A stretch of 64,000 bases of DNA from Flavobacteriales bacterium (GCA_016713865.1 JADJOG010000002.1:126629-190628); one strand, 5' to 3'. Positions 38,367-48,934 are shown, numbered from the stretch's first letter. Notes: generated by a model not told the origin, from the letters alone. Program-made: numbers and translations.

Positions 38367-39572
38367 TGCGCGATGTGAAGCAGGCGATCGCAGCGCTGCA
38401 ACCTGATATGGTGGAATGGCGGAGGCACTTGCACCGTCATCCGGAACTATCGTTCAAGGAGCATGCGACTGTTGCCTTCGTGGCTGAACTGCTCAAGGTA
38501 GAAGGTGTCGAGCTGCGCGAAGGTGTTGCGCGACTCACGCCCGAAGCGAAAGGCACGGGCTTGATCGCCGTGGTGCGCGGCACGAAGAGCGCCAGCGACA
38601 AATGCATCGCGTTGCGTGCTGATCTGGATGCGCTGCCGATCCAGGAAACGGGCAAGCCCGACTACTGCTCGTTGAATACAGGTGTTATGCACGCCTGCGG
38701 ACATGATGCGCATACCGCCATGGTGCTAGGCGCAGGCATCGCTTTGCATCGCGCGCGTGCTGAATGGAGCGGAAACGTGATGCTCGTGTTCCAGCCGGGC
38801 GAGGAGAAGGAACCGGGCGGCGCATCGCTTTTAGTGAAGGAAGGGGTGCTCACGGATCCGAAGCCTGCAGGGATCATCGGTCAGCATGTGACGCCCGAGC
38901 TTCCGGTGGGCAAGCTCGGTTTCCGCAGAGGCCCGTTCATGGCAGCGGCCGATGAGCTGTACATCACCGTGAAGGGCAAGGGCGGCCACGCAGCGCAGCG
39001 CGACAAGCTGATCGATCCGATATTGATTGCCGCGCAATTGCTGCCGAGGCTGTATGAAGAAGCAAAGCGGGCCGTGCCCCCGGGCCAGCCCATGGTGATC
39101 AGCTTCGGCAAGCTCATCGCGAACGGTGCCACCAACATCGTCCCTGAAACGGTGACGATCGATGGCACCTTGCGCACCTTCGACGAAGGATTGCGCGCGC
39201 TTGCACGATTTGCTCCCGCGCATCGCGCAAGATGTCGTGCAAGGCATGCAGGGCGAATGCGAATTCCGCTTGGTGAAGGGATCACCTGTCGTGAAGAATG
39301 ATCCTGCGCTGACCGATCGTTTGCGCCGCGTGGCCGTCGATCTGGTCGGCGCGGAAAACGTAGTTGATATGGTCATCCGCATGGGCGCTGAAGACTTCGC
39401 CTATTACACGCACGTGATGCCCGGCTGCTTCTTCAGGCTTGGCACTGGCAACGCTGCGAAGCCCGGCACGCAGAGCGGCTTGCACACCGCCGCTTTCGAT
39501 GTGGATGAAGATGCGCTAGCGATAGGCGCGGGGATGATGGCGATGGGGGCGCTGGCAGAGCTGGGGTCTTAA
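38366..39572 (+). pseudogene. M20-family amidohydrolase (N-acyl-amino-acid/hippurate hydrolase type), one frame break
   Basis: ORF 38363..39301 (HRHPELSFKE, MHACGHDAH, FQPGEE) continues in ORF 39162..39572 (LHDLLPRIAQDVVQGMQGECEFRL...GLHTAAFDVDE). The break is near 39195 in a CGCGCG tract. Span length is 3n+1. Confidence 0.85.
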
Positions 39573-39584
39573 AACTCCTTGGAA

Positions 39585-39920
39585 CTAGGCGACGATGATA
39601 TCCTCCACCACGACCGCAGGCCTTCCGTTCCGCAGTTGAACCACCAGTTCAACGCTGCTGCCCGATTTGCCGCCTTTGGTGTAGAGGTCCAACGAGAGCT
39701 CGAAGGCATCTGGCACGTTGCGCACGGCGCGCGCGTTCAGGTCGCGCCAGGTGTTCTCTGGCGGCATCACGAGTGCTGATCCGATATCGTCCACGGCGCC
39801 TTCGATGTCATCGGCGCTAAGACCGCCTCCGCCCGAGGCCTCCTCCAGTTCCTCGAAGCGCCGCTCCACGAGCAGCTTCATCACATGCTTGGCAACGAGG
39901 GTGAGGTCGCTGGGGCTCAT
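39585..39920 (-). CDS. hypothetical acidic cytoplasmic protein
   Basis: ATG at 39920 (MSPSDLTLVAKHVMKLLVERRFEELEE...). 111 aa. No motif recognised. Confidence 0.4.
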   Translation of the reverse strand: MSPSDLTLVAKHVMKLLVERRFEELEEASGGGGLSADDIEGAVDDIGSALVMPPENTWRDLNARAVRNVPDAFELSLDLYTKGGKSGSSVELVVQLRNGRPAVVVEDIIVA

Positions 39921-39970
39921 TTCGCGGTAATCCGGACCGTGAGGGTATTGGCGCGTTGGCGAGCGGCGTG

Positions 39971-40016
39971 GGCAACTGCCAACTGCCGCTTGCCAACTGC
40001 CGCTTGCCAACTGCTT
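39971..40016 (-). repeat. tandem GCAGTTGGCAAGCG / GCAGTTGGCAGTTGCC repeats just after the recQ stop
   Basis: Plus strand reads ggcaactgccaactgccgcttgccaactgccgcttgccaactgc. On the minus (transcript) strand this gives cagttggcaagcgg twice, then cagttggcagttgccc. Same family as 1095-1126. Confidence 0.6.
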
Positions 40017-40022
40017 GCTGCA

Positions 40023-42209
40023 TCAATTCGCCACCTCGCTCATGAACTTCAATCGCATCATGCGCAGCTCCTCCTCGCTGAAGTCGCCGTCGAATTCCTT
40101 GAAGGCGGTCTCCAGGTCGTCGGTCTCGGCGCTGCGGAAGTAATCCATGATCTCCTGCTGGGCGTCGGCCTCAAGCACGTCGTTGAGGTAGTAGTTGATG
40201 TCGAGCTTGGTGCCGCTCATCACGATGCTCTCGAGCTCGGTGAGGAATGCCGGCATGCTCAGGTTCTTGCTGCGGGCTACGGCATCCAGCGGCACGCGCT
40301 TATCGATGTTCTGGATGATATGCACCTTGTTGCCGCTCTTGTTCACCACGTTGCGCACGGTCACTTCGGCCTCGCGCTCGATGTCATTCTCATCGACATA
40401 CTTGGCGATGAGCTCAATGAAGGGCTTGCCGAATTTCTGCGCCTTGCCGGGTCCCACGCCGGTGATCTGCGTTAGCTCGTCGATGGTGATGGGGTAGCGC
40501 ATCGTCATCTCTTCCAGCGAGGGATCCTGGAAGAGCACCCAAGGCTGCAGCTTCAGTTTCTGGGCCTGGGCGCGGCGCAGGTCCTTGAGCATGGCCATGA
40601 GCTTCTCGTCTGCGGCAGCACCTGCGCGCACGATGGGCTCGTCGTCCGTGTCGCCCTCGTAATCGCTGTAGTCGCGCTCCTTCACGAACTTGATGCTCAC
40701 GGGCTTGGCCATGAACTTCTTGCCGCTATCGGTGAGGCTGAGGTTGCCGTAGGTCTCGATGTCCTTGTGCAGGAAGCCGCCCACTACGGCCTGGCGCACG
40801 ATCGCCATCCAATAATGATTGTCCTTCGCATCGCCTTCGCCGAAGATCTTGAGCTTGTCGCCCTTGTAATTCTTGATCTCGCTGGTCTCCGTGCCGGTTA
40901 GCAGGTCGCAGATGAACTTGCTACGGTGGCGCTCCTTGCTCTCCTTCACGGCGCGCAGCACCAGGGCCAGGTCGTCCTTGGCCTCGAACTGCTCGCGCGG
41001 CGTGAGGCAGTTGTCGCAGCACTTGCAATTGTCCTTGTCGTACACCTCGCCGAAGTAGTACAGCAGGAACCGGCGGCGGCACATGCTGGTCTCCGCGAAG
41101 CTCACGGTGTCGGCGAGCAACTGCCGGCCGATCTCCTGTTCAGCCACGGGTTTGCCCTGCAGGAACTTCTCCAGTTTCTCGATGTCCTTGTAGGCATAGA
41201 AGGCCACGCATTTGCCTTCGCCGCCATCGCGACCGGCTCGCCCGGTTTCCTGATAGTAGCTCTCGAGGCTCTTAGGGATGTCGTGATGGATCACGAAGCG
41301 CACATCGGGCTTATCGATGCCCATGCCGAATGCGATGGTGGCCACGATCACATCCACGTGCTCCATGAGGAACTGGTCCTGATGGCTGGCGCGCTGCCCG
41401 GCATCCATGCCAGCGTGGTAGGGCAGGGCCTTGATGCCGTTCACATTGAGCATCTCGGCCATCTCCTCCACCTTCTTGCGGCTGAGGCAATAAACGATGC
41501 CGCTCTTCCCGCTGTGTTGTTTGATGAAGCGGATGATCTCGCGCTGAACGTCTTTCTTCGGGCGGATCTCGTAGTGCAGGTTCGGCCGGTTGAAGCTGTC
41601 CTTATAGACCCTGGCGTCGTCGATGTCGAGGTTCTTGAGGATGTCCTCCTGCACCTTCTCGGTGGCCGTGGCGGTCAGGGCGATGACGGGCACGCCCTTG
41701 ATGTCGTTGAAGATGGCGCGCAGGCGGCGGTACTCGGGGCGGAAGTCGTGGCCCCATTCGCTGATGCAGTGCGCCTCGTCGATCGCGAAGAAGCTGATCT
41801 TGATGTCGCGCAGGAATTCAGTGTTCTCTTTCTTCGTGAGGCTCTCGGGCGCCACGTAAAGGATCTTGGTACGGCCCTCGGTGATGTCCTGGCGCACGCG
41901 CAGGGTCTCGTTGCGGGTGAGTGAACTGTTGAGGAAGTGCGCCACTCCCTCTTCCTCGCTGAAGCCGCGCAGGGCGTCCACCTGATTCTTCATCAGGGCG
42001 ATGAGCGGGCTAACCACGATCGCCGTGCCCTCCATCATGAGCGCGGGCAATTGGTAGCAGAGGCTCTTGCCCCCGCCAGTGGGCATGATCACGAAGGTGT
42101 TCTCGCCATCCAGCACGCTCTGGATGATGGCTTCTTGCTCGCCTTTGAACTTCTTGAAGCCGAAGAATTGCTCGAGCGCCACTTTGGGCGTTAGGTCGAC
42201 ATTGATCAT
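40023..42209 (-). CDS. recQ: ATP-dependent DNA helicase RecQ
   Basis: ATG at 42209. Motifs PTGGGKSLCYQLPA and DEAHC. RecQ zinc-binding Cys cluster (CRRRFLLYYFGE...CCDNC). C-terminal HRDC-like region. 728 aa. Confidence 0.95.
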   Translation of the reverse strand: MINVDLTPKVALEQFFGFKKFKGEQEAIIQSVLDGENTFVIMPTGGGKSLCYQLPALMMEGTAIVVSPLIALMKNQVDALRGFSEEEGVAHFLNSSLTRNETLRVRQDITEGRTKILYVAPESLTKKENTEFLRDIKISFFAIDEAHCISEWGHDFRPEYRRLRAIFNDIKGVPVIALTATATEKVQEDILKNLDIDDARVYKDSFNRPNLHYEIRPKKDVQREIIRFIKQHSGKSGIVYCLSRKKVEEMAEMLNVNGIKALPYHAGMDAGQRASHQDQFLMEHVDVIVATIAFGMGIDKPDVRFVIHHDIPKSLESYYQETGRAGRDGGEGKCVAFYAYKDIEKLEKFLQGKPVAEQEIGRQLLADTVSFAETSMCRRRFLLYYFGEVYDKDNCKCCDNCLTPREQFEAKDDLALVLRAVKESKERHRSKFICDLLTGTETSEIKNYKGDKLKIFGEGDAKDNHYWMAIVRQAVVGGFLHKDIETYGNLSLTDSGKKFMAKPVSIKFVKERDYSDYEGDTDDEPIVRAGAAADEKLMAMLKDLRRAQAQKLKLQPWVLFQDPSLEEMTMRYPITIDELTQITGVGPGKAQKFGKPFIELIAKYVDENDIEREAEVTVRNVVNKSGNKVHIIQNIDKRVPLDAVARSKNLSMPAFLTELESIVMSGTKLDINYYLNDVLEADAQQEIMDYFRSAETDDLETAFKEFDGDFSEEELRMMRLKFMSEVAN

Positions 42210-42436
42210 TTGCGATGGTGGCCGGGGGAATCGGCCTTCTGGATTTGCTGCTGAAATGTATGGTGCGCCGCCCAATACAACAGCAAACCGCCGCCAACGT
42301 TCGTTAATCGCGATGGATGGCGGCGCAGCGTTGATAAACGGATGCATGATCGGCCTGTCCGCGGCATTGCGCACTTCTATATTTCGACCGGCTCCGGATG
42401 GGCCGCACGCAACGATTGGCCAGCAAAGGCGGTGAG

Positions 42437-43246
42437 ATGACCTTCCTGGAGCACCTCGAGGAGCTCCGTTGGACGCTGGTGCGGTCGACCGCAGCCATTG
42501 GCGTGGGCTTCGTGCTGGCCTTCATCTTCAAATCAATCCTGTTCGAGCAGGTGGTGCTGGCGTCCATGCACCCCGATTTCATCACCTACCGGGCCTTTTG
42601 CCGGCTAGGCCTAGCGCTCGGGGTCGATGGCCTTTGCTTGACCGAGCTGGGCTTTACACTTCAGAATTTGCCGGTAAGCGGGCAGTTCATGACCCACATG
42701 ACGGTGGCTTTCATCGCAGGCATCGTGTTGGCGTTCCCGTACATCCTTTGGGAGCTCTGGCGCTTCATTGGTCCCGGTCTGCAGGAACGGGAGCGCAAGG
42801 CGTCGCGATCTTTCGTGTGGTTCGGGTCCGGGCTGTTCCTAGCTGGGGTGCTCTTCGGCTATTTCCTTCTGGCTCCGTTAAGCGTGCAGTTCTTCGGCAG
42901 CTATCAAGTGAGCCCCACGGTGGCCAACAACTTCGCCTTGGAGAGCTTCATCGGCATCGTAACACAAGTGACCTTGTGGACGGGCCTGGTCTTCGAAATG
43001 CCGCTGGTGGTCAGCGTGCTCAGCCGTTTGGGACTCATCGGGCCACAACTGCTGCGCACTTATCGGCGCCATGCTTATGTGGGGATCCTGGTCCTGGCTG
43101 CGATCCTCACCCCTCCGGATATCATCAGCCAGGTGATCGTGGCCGGTCCGCTCATGCTGCTCTATGAGGTCAGCATCGGCATCAGTGGGCGAATCGAACG
43201 AAAGAGGCTGAAGACAAGCGCCCCGCAAGCATCGAACAGAGCATGA
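42437..43246 (+). CDS. tatC: twin-arginine translocase subunit TatC
   Basis: ATG at 42437 (MTFLEHLEELRWTLVRS). Six TM segments. 269 aa. Confidence 0.9.
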   Translation: MTFLEHLEELRWTLVRSTAAIGVGFVLAFIFKSILFEQVVLASMHPDFITYRAFCRLGLALGVDGLCLTELGFTLQNLPVSGQFMTHMTVAFIAGIVLAFPYILWELWRFIGPGLQERERKASRSFVWFGSGLFLAGVLFGYFLLAPLSVQFFGSYQVSPTVANNFALESFIGIVTQVTLWTGLVFEMPLVVSVLSRLGLIGPQLLRTYRRHAYVGILVLAAILTPPDIISQVIVAGPLMLLYEVSIGISGRIERKRLKTSAPQASNRA

Positions 43247-45729
43247 GCAGCCCCCGCGCGTTCCACACCTTGATGGCGATGCTCGTCGCATGCAGCGCAG
43301 CGTTCGGGCAGAGCACCGTGGTGAGCGGCCGTGTTACCGATGCCCGCTCCGGTGAAGGTCTGCCCTTCGTGAACATCGCCTTCCGCGATAGCCGCGTGGG
43401 CACAACTACGGATATCGACGGCAGATATCGCATCGAAACCTATTATGCCACCGACTCCATCATCTTCTCCTTCGTGGGCTATGTGCCGCGTTCCTTCGCC
43501 GTTCGCAAGGACCGCCAGCAGGTGATCGATGCCCCGCTGGAGCCCAGTGCCACCATGCTCCAGGAAGTGGTGATCAAGCCCACGGAGAATCCCGCCTTCG
43601 AGATCCTGCGCCGGGTAATCCGCCATAAGCCGGCCAACAATCGCGAGAAGCTGGGCGCATACGAATACGAGGCATACAACAAGATCGAGTTCGACCTGAA
43701 CAACATCACGGAAGAGTTCACGCAGAAGAAGATCTTCAAGCCCTTCGCGTTCATCTTCGAGAATATCGATAGCGCCGATGCGAAGCCCGCGCTGCCCATC
43801 TTCATGACGGAGAGCATCTCGGAGGTTTACTACCGCCAAACGCCCAAGGCGCAGAAAGAGCGCATCCGTGGCACCAAGGTGAGCGGCATCGAGAACGAGA
43901 GCGTGTCGCAGTTCATGGGCGACATGTACCAGAACGTGAACATCTACGAGAACTACCTGGTGATCTTCGGCAAGAACTTCATCAGCCCGGTGGCCGATGG
44001 CTGGCGCGGTTTCTACGATTTCTACCTCACCGATAGCGCCTTCGTGGGCAAGTACTGGTGCTACAAGCTCGAGTTCAAGCCCAAGCGGGTTCAGGAACTG
44101 GCCTTTTCAGGGCATATGTGGGTGAATGACACCACGTATGCGGTACGCCGGATCGAAGCGGGCATCGCTCAAGGAGCCAACCTCAATTTCGTCGAGGGCT
44201 TCTGGGTGCGGCAGCAATACGATCAGGTGCAGAAAGAAGTGTGGATGCTCACGCGCGATGAGCTCGTGGTCGACCTGAACGTGATCAAGGATACCGGCAA
44301 GCCCAACAAGAACAAGGTGCAGGGCTTCTATGGAAGGCGCACGGCCACCTACCGCGATTTCGTGATCAATCAGCCGCGCGATGCGGTTTTCTATGAAGGG
44401 GCCGATCAGGTGACGATGGCCATTGATCCATTGAGCCTGGGCAGCGATTACTGGGATACGCACCGCCATGTGCCGCTCACGGCCAAGGAGAATGCCATCT
44501 ACCACATGGTCGATACCATGAAGACGATACCTCGGTTCCGCACATACGTGGATATCGTGAGCACGATCGTGAGCGGGTATTACGAGCGAGGTTTGATCGA
44601 ATACGGCCCGTACTTCACCACATTCAGTTTCAACCAGGTCGAAGGGGCACGCTTCCGACTAGGTGGGCGCACGAGCAACAAATTCAGCAATTGGGTCGAG
44701 TTCGAGGGCTACACGGCCTACGGCACCACTGATGAGCGCTTCAAGTTCGGGCTGGCTACGCGCGGCTTCATCAGTAAGCAGCCGCGCCTGCTCTACCGGG
44801 CCGGCTACAAGCACGACCTGGAGCAATTGGGCCAGAGCGTGAATGCTTTCCGGAACGACAACATCCTCGGAAGCGTTTTCCGCATCAACCCCAACAACAA
44901 GCTCACCGATGTGGAGGAGTGGCGCTTCGGGCTCGAACGCGAGTGGTTCTCTGGATTCACCAATGAGGCGATGCTGCGCTACCGCGTGCTGATGCCGCTC
45001 GGAAGCCTGCGCTATGAGCGCTTCACAGAAGGCCAGGAGCCCGTGAGCGTGAGCAGCATCAAGACCGCCGAGGTGGCGCTGAACACGCGCTTCGCCTTCC
45101 GCGAGAAATACGTGAGCGGCGAGTTCGACCGTGTGGCCGTCGGTTTCAACAAATGGCCCACGATCGAAGCGCATGTCGCCTACGGTGCCCCGCAGCTCTT
45201 CAAGAGCGATTTCGAGTACACCAAGGTCGTGGGCCGCGTATACAAGCGCTGGCAGCTGGGTGCCTTCGGTTGGATGCGCACGACGCTCGAAGGTGGCCGC
45301 ACCTTCGGCACGCTGCCCTATCCCTTGCTCACCATTCACAGCGGCAACGAGACGCTTTATCTCGACGACGTCTCGTTCAACACCATGCGCTTCTTCGAGT
45401 TCATCAGTGATCGCTACGTGCAATTCTTCGCTGAGCATCACTTCGAGGGGCTCTTCCTCAACCGAATCCCGCTCATGCGCCGGTTGAAGTGGCGCGAGGT
45501 GGCCACTTTCAAGGGCGTGGCGGGAGATCTTGACCCGAAGCATTTCGCCGAGATGAATCTCCTGGACAACATGTACGGACTGTACAATGGCCCCTTCATG
45601 GAAGCGAGCGCAGGCATCGAGAACATCTTCAAGGTGCTGCGCACCGATATCATCTGGCGCTTGCGCTACAACGACCATCCCGGCACGCGGCCCTTCGCCA
45701 TTCGCGCCAAGATCGTGATCAACTTCTAA
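43243..45729 (+). CDS. DUF5686 / carboxypeptidase-regulatory-like domain outer-membrane-associated protein
   Basis: ATGA overlap with tatC. Signal peptide. CarboxypepD_reg-like start VVSGRVTDARSGEGLPFVNIAF...GRYRIE. 828 aa. Positioned upstream of lptB, as I recall for many Bacteroidota. Confidence 0.7.
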   Translation: MSSPRAFHTLMAMLVACSAAFGQSTVVSGRVTDARSGEGLPFVNIAFRDSRVGTTTDIDGRYRIETYYATDSIIFSFVGYVPRSFAVRKDRQQVIDAPLEPSATMLQEVVIKPTENPAFEILRRVIRHKPANNREKLGAYEYEAYNKIEFDLNNITEEFTQKKIFKPFAFIFENIDSADAKPALPIFMTESISEVYYRQTPKAQKERIRGTKVSGIENESVSQFMGDMYQNVNIYENYLVIFGKNFISPVADGWRGFYDFYLTDSAFVGKYWCYKLEFKPKRVQELAFSGHMWVNDTTYAVRRIEAGIAQGANLNFVEGFWVRQQYDQVQKEVWMLTRDELVVDLNVIKDTGKPNKNKVQGFYGRRTATYRDFVINQPRDAVFYEGADQVTMAIDPLSLGSDYWDTHRHVPLTAKENAIYHMVDTMKTIPRFRTYVDIVSTIVSGYYERGLIEYGPYFTTFSFNQVEGARFRLGGRTSNKFSNWVEFEGYTAYGTTDERFKFGLATRGFISKQPRLLYRAGYKHDLEQLGQSVNAFRNDNILGSVFRINPNNKLTDVEEWRFGLEREWFSGFTNEAMLRYRVLMPLGSLRYERFTEGQEPVSVSSIKTAEVALNTRFAFREKYVSGEFDRVAVGFNKWPTIEAHVAYGAPQLFKSDFEYTKVVGRVYKRWQLGAFGWMRTTLEGGRTFGTLPYPLLTIHSGNETLYLDDVSFNTMRFFEFISDRYVQFFAEHHFEGLFLNRIPLMRRLKWREVATFKGVAGDLDPKHFAEMNLLDNMYGLYNGPFMEASAGIENIFKVLRTDIIWRLRYNDHPGTRPFAIRAKIVINF

Positions 45730-45732
45730 GGC

Positions 45733-46482
45733 ATGCTGCGCACCGAAGCACTCATCAAGCGATACAAGCGGCGAACCGTGGTTGGCGGTGTTAGCGTGCA
45801 GGTGCGGCAAGGCGAGATCGTGGGCCTCCTGGGTCCCAACGGCGCTGGCAAGACAACGACCTTCTATACGGTCGTGGGCCTGGTGAAGCCCAATGAAGGG
45901 CGCGTGCTGCTCGATGACCTGGACATCACCGCGCTGCCCATGTACAAGCGCGCGAAGCTTGGCATCGGTTACTTGCCGCAGGAAGCCAGCGTGTTCCGCA
46001 AGCTCAGCGTCGAAGACAACATCAAGGCGATCCTGGAGATGACGGGTAAATCGCGCCAAGAGCAGGAGCAGAAACTTGAGCAATTGCTCGATGAGTTCAG
46101 CTTGCAGCATGTGCGCAAGAGCATGGGCGATGTGCTCAGCGGCGGCGAACGGCGGCGCACCGAGATCGCGCGCGCACTTGCCACCGAGCCGCGCTTCATC
46201 CTGCTCGATGAGCCCTTCGCGGGCGTTGACCCGATCGCCGTGGAGGACATCCAAGGCATCGTGAGCAAGCTGAAGCAGAAGAACATCGGCGTGCTCATTA
46301 CCGACCACAATGTGCAGGAGACGTTGAGCATCACCGATCGCGCGTACCTGCTCTATGAGGGCCGCATCCTTAAGCAAGGAACGGCTGAGGAACTCGCTGG
46401 CGACGCCGAGGTGCGCGAGAAATACCCTAGGCCGGAATTTCGTGCTTCGCAGGAAACAGTTCTGAATGGGCGCGCCAACTGA
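45733..46482 (+). CDS. lptB: LPS export ABC transporter ATP-binding protein, with a probable 1-nt insertion near the 3' end
   Basis: Walker [10 protein letters not shown], signature LSGGERRR, Walker [13 protein letters not shown]. After ...VREKY, a shift at the CCC run (46425-46427) would restore the canonical YLGRNFVL... ending, with a stop at 46463-46465. Confidence 0.9.
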   Translation: MLRTEALIKRYKRRTVVGGVSVQVRQGEIVGLLGPNGAGKTTTFYTVVGLVKPNEGRVLLDDLDITALPMYKRAKLGIGYLPQEASVFRKLSVEDNIKAILEMTGKSRQEQEQKLEQLLDEFSLQHVRKSMGDVLSGGERRRTEIARALATEPRFILLDEPFAGVDPIAVEDIQGIVSKLKQKNIGVLITDHNVQETLSITDRAYLLYEGRILKQGTAEELAGDAEVREKYPRPEFRASQETVLNGRAN

Positions 46483-47629
46483 TCAGCACCGCGACCACGA
46501 TCTGCACCGCTAGAAATTCGTGCCATGGATTATCGCCGGCCACATTGGTGGAGAGCACGAATGCATAGCGTGTGATCAAGTACATGAGAGTCGTTGCGGC
46601 AACCAGCGCAGCGAATACCAGCGGCTTGCGCATCGCGGCGAACAGACGGTTCCAACCGCCATACGCTTCAATCCATTGCACGATGGCCTTGCCGAGCAGT
46701 GGCCAAGCCAGCAAGAGCGGCAAGGCGAACACACGCGCTTCGCGGGCCTTTGCAGCTACGAGGACCGCGAGCGCATTCAGCACGAGCGCGATCATGAAAG
46801 CACGTAGGAGCTTTCGTTCATCCGGAGCAGCACCGCGCATATAGCACCACAGCAAAGTGCAAGGCAGCAAGAGCACGAGCAGCGCATAGCCAATGGTCTC
46901 ACCAGCCATTGTCCAGGTGCCGAAGTTGAAGGCAAGCGTTCCCAAGCGGGTGTAGGCATCGTTGGCTGCGTGATCGGCGAGCCCGGCCGCTGGCAGGAAA
47001 CTCACGAGGAAGAGTGCGAAGAGCAGCAGCGGCGTGATAAGCAGCGCCCAGCGCGAGTTGCGCGAAAGACCGGGGATCATGGCGAAGGAAGGTAGCAGGA
47101 AGATGCTCGTTTCATGGGCGATCAGTGATAGCGCCATGGCAATGCTCGAGAGCACTACGCGGCCTTGCCAAGCCGCAGCGAAGGCGATCAAGAAGGCCGC
47201 ATATTGAAGTGGCTCGTCGTAGGTGTACATCGGCTCGAACCAAGCGAAGAGCACGGTGGGTGATAGATGGAAAATGGCTTGCGCGATGGTGGCCTGTGCG
47301 TGGGATGATCCAAGCAGCTGCGCGATGCGGCGAATGAGCAAGCCGCACAGGAAGAACAGCCCGAAGCTCCACAGCATGAAGGCGCTTTTCGGCGGCATGC
47401 CGGTCGCTGTCATGGAATTGATGCACCATGTCGTAAGCGGGCGGCGGCGGAACGAGATGTCGCTGCCCGATCGATGATCATCGATGATCTGCGCGATGTA
47501 ATCCTGCCCGATCGGCTGACCATCCCACGCCATGGCTCCGCGATTGAGCATGGTGACCCAGATGGGCGCGAAGTGCAGCGCGAGGGATAAGGCCGTGAGC
47601 GCGAGACCGAGGAGGATGCTGCGTGTCAT
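46427..47629 (-). CDS. polytopic membrane protein (hypothetical; glycosyltransferase-39/ArnT-like topology only)
   Basis: ATG at 47629 ([20 protein letters not shown]). About 11 hydrophobic segments. No diagnostic motif recognised. Confidence 0.5.
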   Translation of the reverse strand: MTRSILLGLALTALSLALHFAPIWVTMLNRGAMAWDGQPIGQDYIAQIIDDHRSGSDISFRRRPLTTWCINSMTATGMPPKSAFMLWSFGLFFLCGLLIRRIAQLLGSSHAQATIAQAIFHLSPTVLFAWFEPMYTYDEPLQYAAFLIAFAAAWQGRVVLSSIAMALSLIAHETSIFLLPSFAMIPGLSRNSRWALLITPLLLFALFLVSFLPAAGLADHAANDAYTRLGTLAFNFGTWTMAGETIGYALLVLLLPCTLLWCYMRGAAPDERKLLRAFMIALVLNALAVLVAAKAREARVFALPLLLAWPLLGKAIVQWIEAYGGWNRLFAAMRKPLVFAALVAATTLMYLITRYAFVLSTNVAGDNPWHEFLAVQIVVAVLISWRAHSELFPAKHEIPA

Positions 47630-47708
47630 GCCGCTTGAGGGTTGTCGCCAACGAACGGGCCGCGCGCAAAGGTTGAGAGTTGGAGGTTGCCCAACCCTCA
47701 ATAACTAA

Positions 47709-47969
47709 TCAACCCGCAACCTCTTCAACCTTGAAGTTGAATCGCTCCATCACCTGATTGGCGAGAAGCTTCTTGCACGCCTCTTCCACTTTCGCCTCAG
47801 CGGTTTTCTGGTCAGCGGCCTCAATGTGCAAGGTGATGTGCTTGCCGATGCGCACCCCGCTGATCTCGGGCAGACCCAGATTGCCCATGGCGCCGGTAAC
47901 GGCCTTGCCCTGCGGGTCCAAGAGGTTGTCGTGGGGCATCACATCGATGGAAGCGCGGAAGTTCTTCAT
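47709..47969 (-). CDS. purS: phosphoribosylformylglycinamidine synthase subunit PurS
   Basis: 86 aa. Family-like VMPHDNLLDPQGKAV...GKHITLHIEA. Confidence 0.85.
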   Translation of the reverse strand: MKNFRASIDVMPHDNLLDPQGKAVTGAMGNLGLPEISGVRIGKHITLHIEAADQKTAEAKVEEACKKLLANQVMERFNFKVEEVAG

Positions 47970-47989
47970 GGGTTAAGACAATGGGCCGT

Positions 47990-48044
47990 AAAGGCGCAGA
48001 GGCGCAAAGAAATGCGTTCGGCCGCTTTGCGCCTCTGCGCCTTT
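47990..48044 (-). terminator. perfect 20-bp inverted repeat (hairpin) between pssA and purS
   Basis: aaaggcgcagaggcgcaaag (47990-48009) and ctttgcgcctctgcgccttt (48025-48044), with a 15-nt loop. It starts 5 nt downstream of the pssA stop. Confidence 0.55.
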
Positions 48045-48048
48045 GCGG

Positions 48049-48852
48049 CTATTTCTCGCCGGGTTCTGGAAAGATCCTGCCCCACACCGGACTCAGCAGA
48101 TACACCACCAAGATGAGCGGTACCGCGAGCACACCATACAGCGCGATCAAAACTGCGCCAATTCCGATCAGCAGGTAGATGACCTCGTTGCCCTTCCACT
48201 TCGCGTGCTTGAACTTGAGGGAGGGGAGGGGGATGGAGGAGAGCATGAGGAAAGCGAGCACCGCTGCGAGCATCAGCTTCTGGATCGGGTCGGCCATGAA
48301 TGCGCCGATATGGCTCATCATTTCATTGGCGCCGGGTCCGAAACGAAGCCCGATGCCCCACGAGATGCTGCCGAACGAGGCCCACAACAGTGCATTGGCT
48401 GGAGTCGCGAGCCCGAGGAAGCCGGTGCTCTGGCGGGTGTCCGTGTTGAACTTGGCTAAGCGCCACATGGAAGCAATCGCGATCACCAATGCGCAAGCCA
48501 CAGTAGCCCAAGGCGGTTCGCCGAACAGGTCGTTTGAACCAACAGTGGACGGCACGAATTCACGGTTCGAATCAATCGCGACCTGAAGCGCTTTCCACGG
48601 GACAATGGCCGAGATGAATGCCGGCGCCACCCCGAAGGTCACCATATCCGCCAGGCTATCCAGTTGCTTGCCCAATTCGCTTCCCCCGCCCAAGGCCCGG
48701 GCCGCCAAGCCATCGAGCACATCGAAGAACGCCCCTGCGAACACCAGCCAACACGCCAGTGTTAGCTGTCCTTGGGAGGCGAAAAGGATGGATCCGACCC
48801 CGCAGGATAGGTTCGCCGTGGTAAGCAAATCGGGTAGTCGCGGCAGCTTCAT
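48049..48852 (-). CDS. pssA: CDP-diacylglycerol--serine O-phosphatidyltransferase (CDP-alcohol phosphatidyltransferase family)
   Basis: ATG at 48852. DGx2ARx8Gx3Dx3D motif (DVLDGLAARALGGGSELGKQLDSLAD). 267 aa. Confidence 0.8.
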   Translation of the reverse strand: MKLPRLPDLLTTANLSCGVGSILFASQGQLTLACWLVFAGAFFDVLDGLAARALGGGSELGKQLDSLADMVTFGVAPAFISAIVPWKALQVAIDSNREFVPSTVGSNDLFGEPPWATVACALVIAIASMWRLAKFNTDTRQSTGFLGLATPANALLWASFGSISWGIGLRFGPGANEMMSHIGAFMADPIQKLMLAAVLAFLMLSSIPLPSLKFKHAKWKGNEVIYLLIGIGAVLIALYGVLAVPLILVVYLLSPVWGRIFPEPGEK

Positions 48853-48934
48853 GTCAATCGGGGCCGAAGGAAGGATAATTTCGGGCAATGATCCCGGCCA
48901 CCACTCGTTGGATGCTGCGTCAATACCAAGCCGA

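Noticed and set aside
39961-40022. CRISPR-like array suggested by the short tandem repeats.
   Set aside because: The units are only 10-14 nt and directly adjacent with no spacers. There are at most three copies, and no cas genes are nearby.
42210-42436. Riboswitch or sRNA in the 227-bp divergent recQ-tatC spacer.
   Set aside because: I found no conserved aptamer-like motifs or strong secondary structure. A near-consensus -7 box (TATATTTC, about 42378-42385) suggests it simply holds two divergent promoters.
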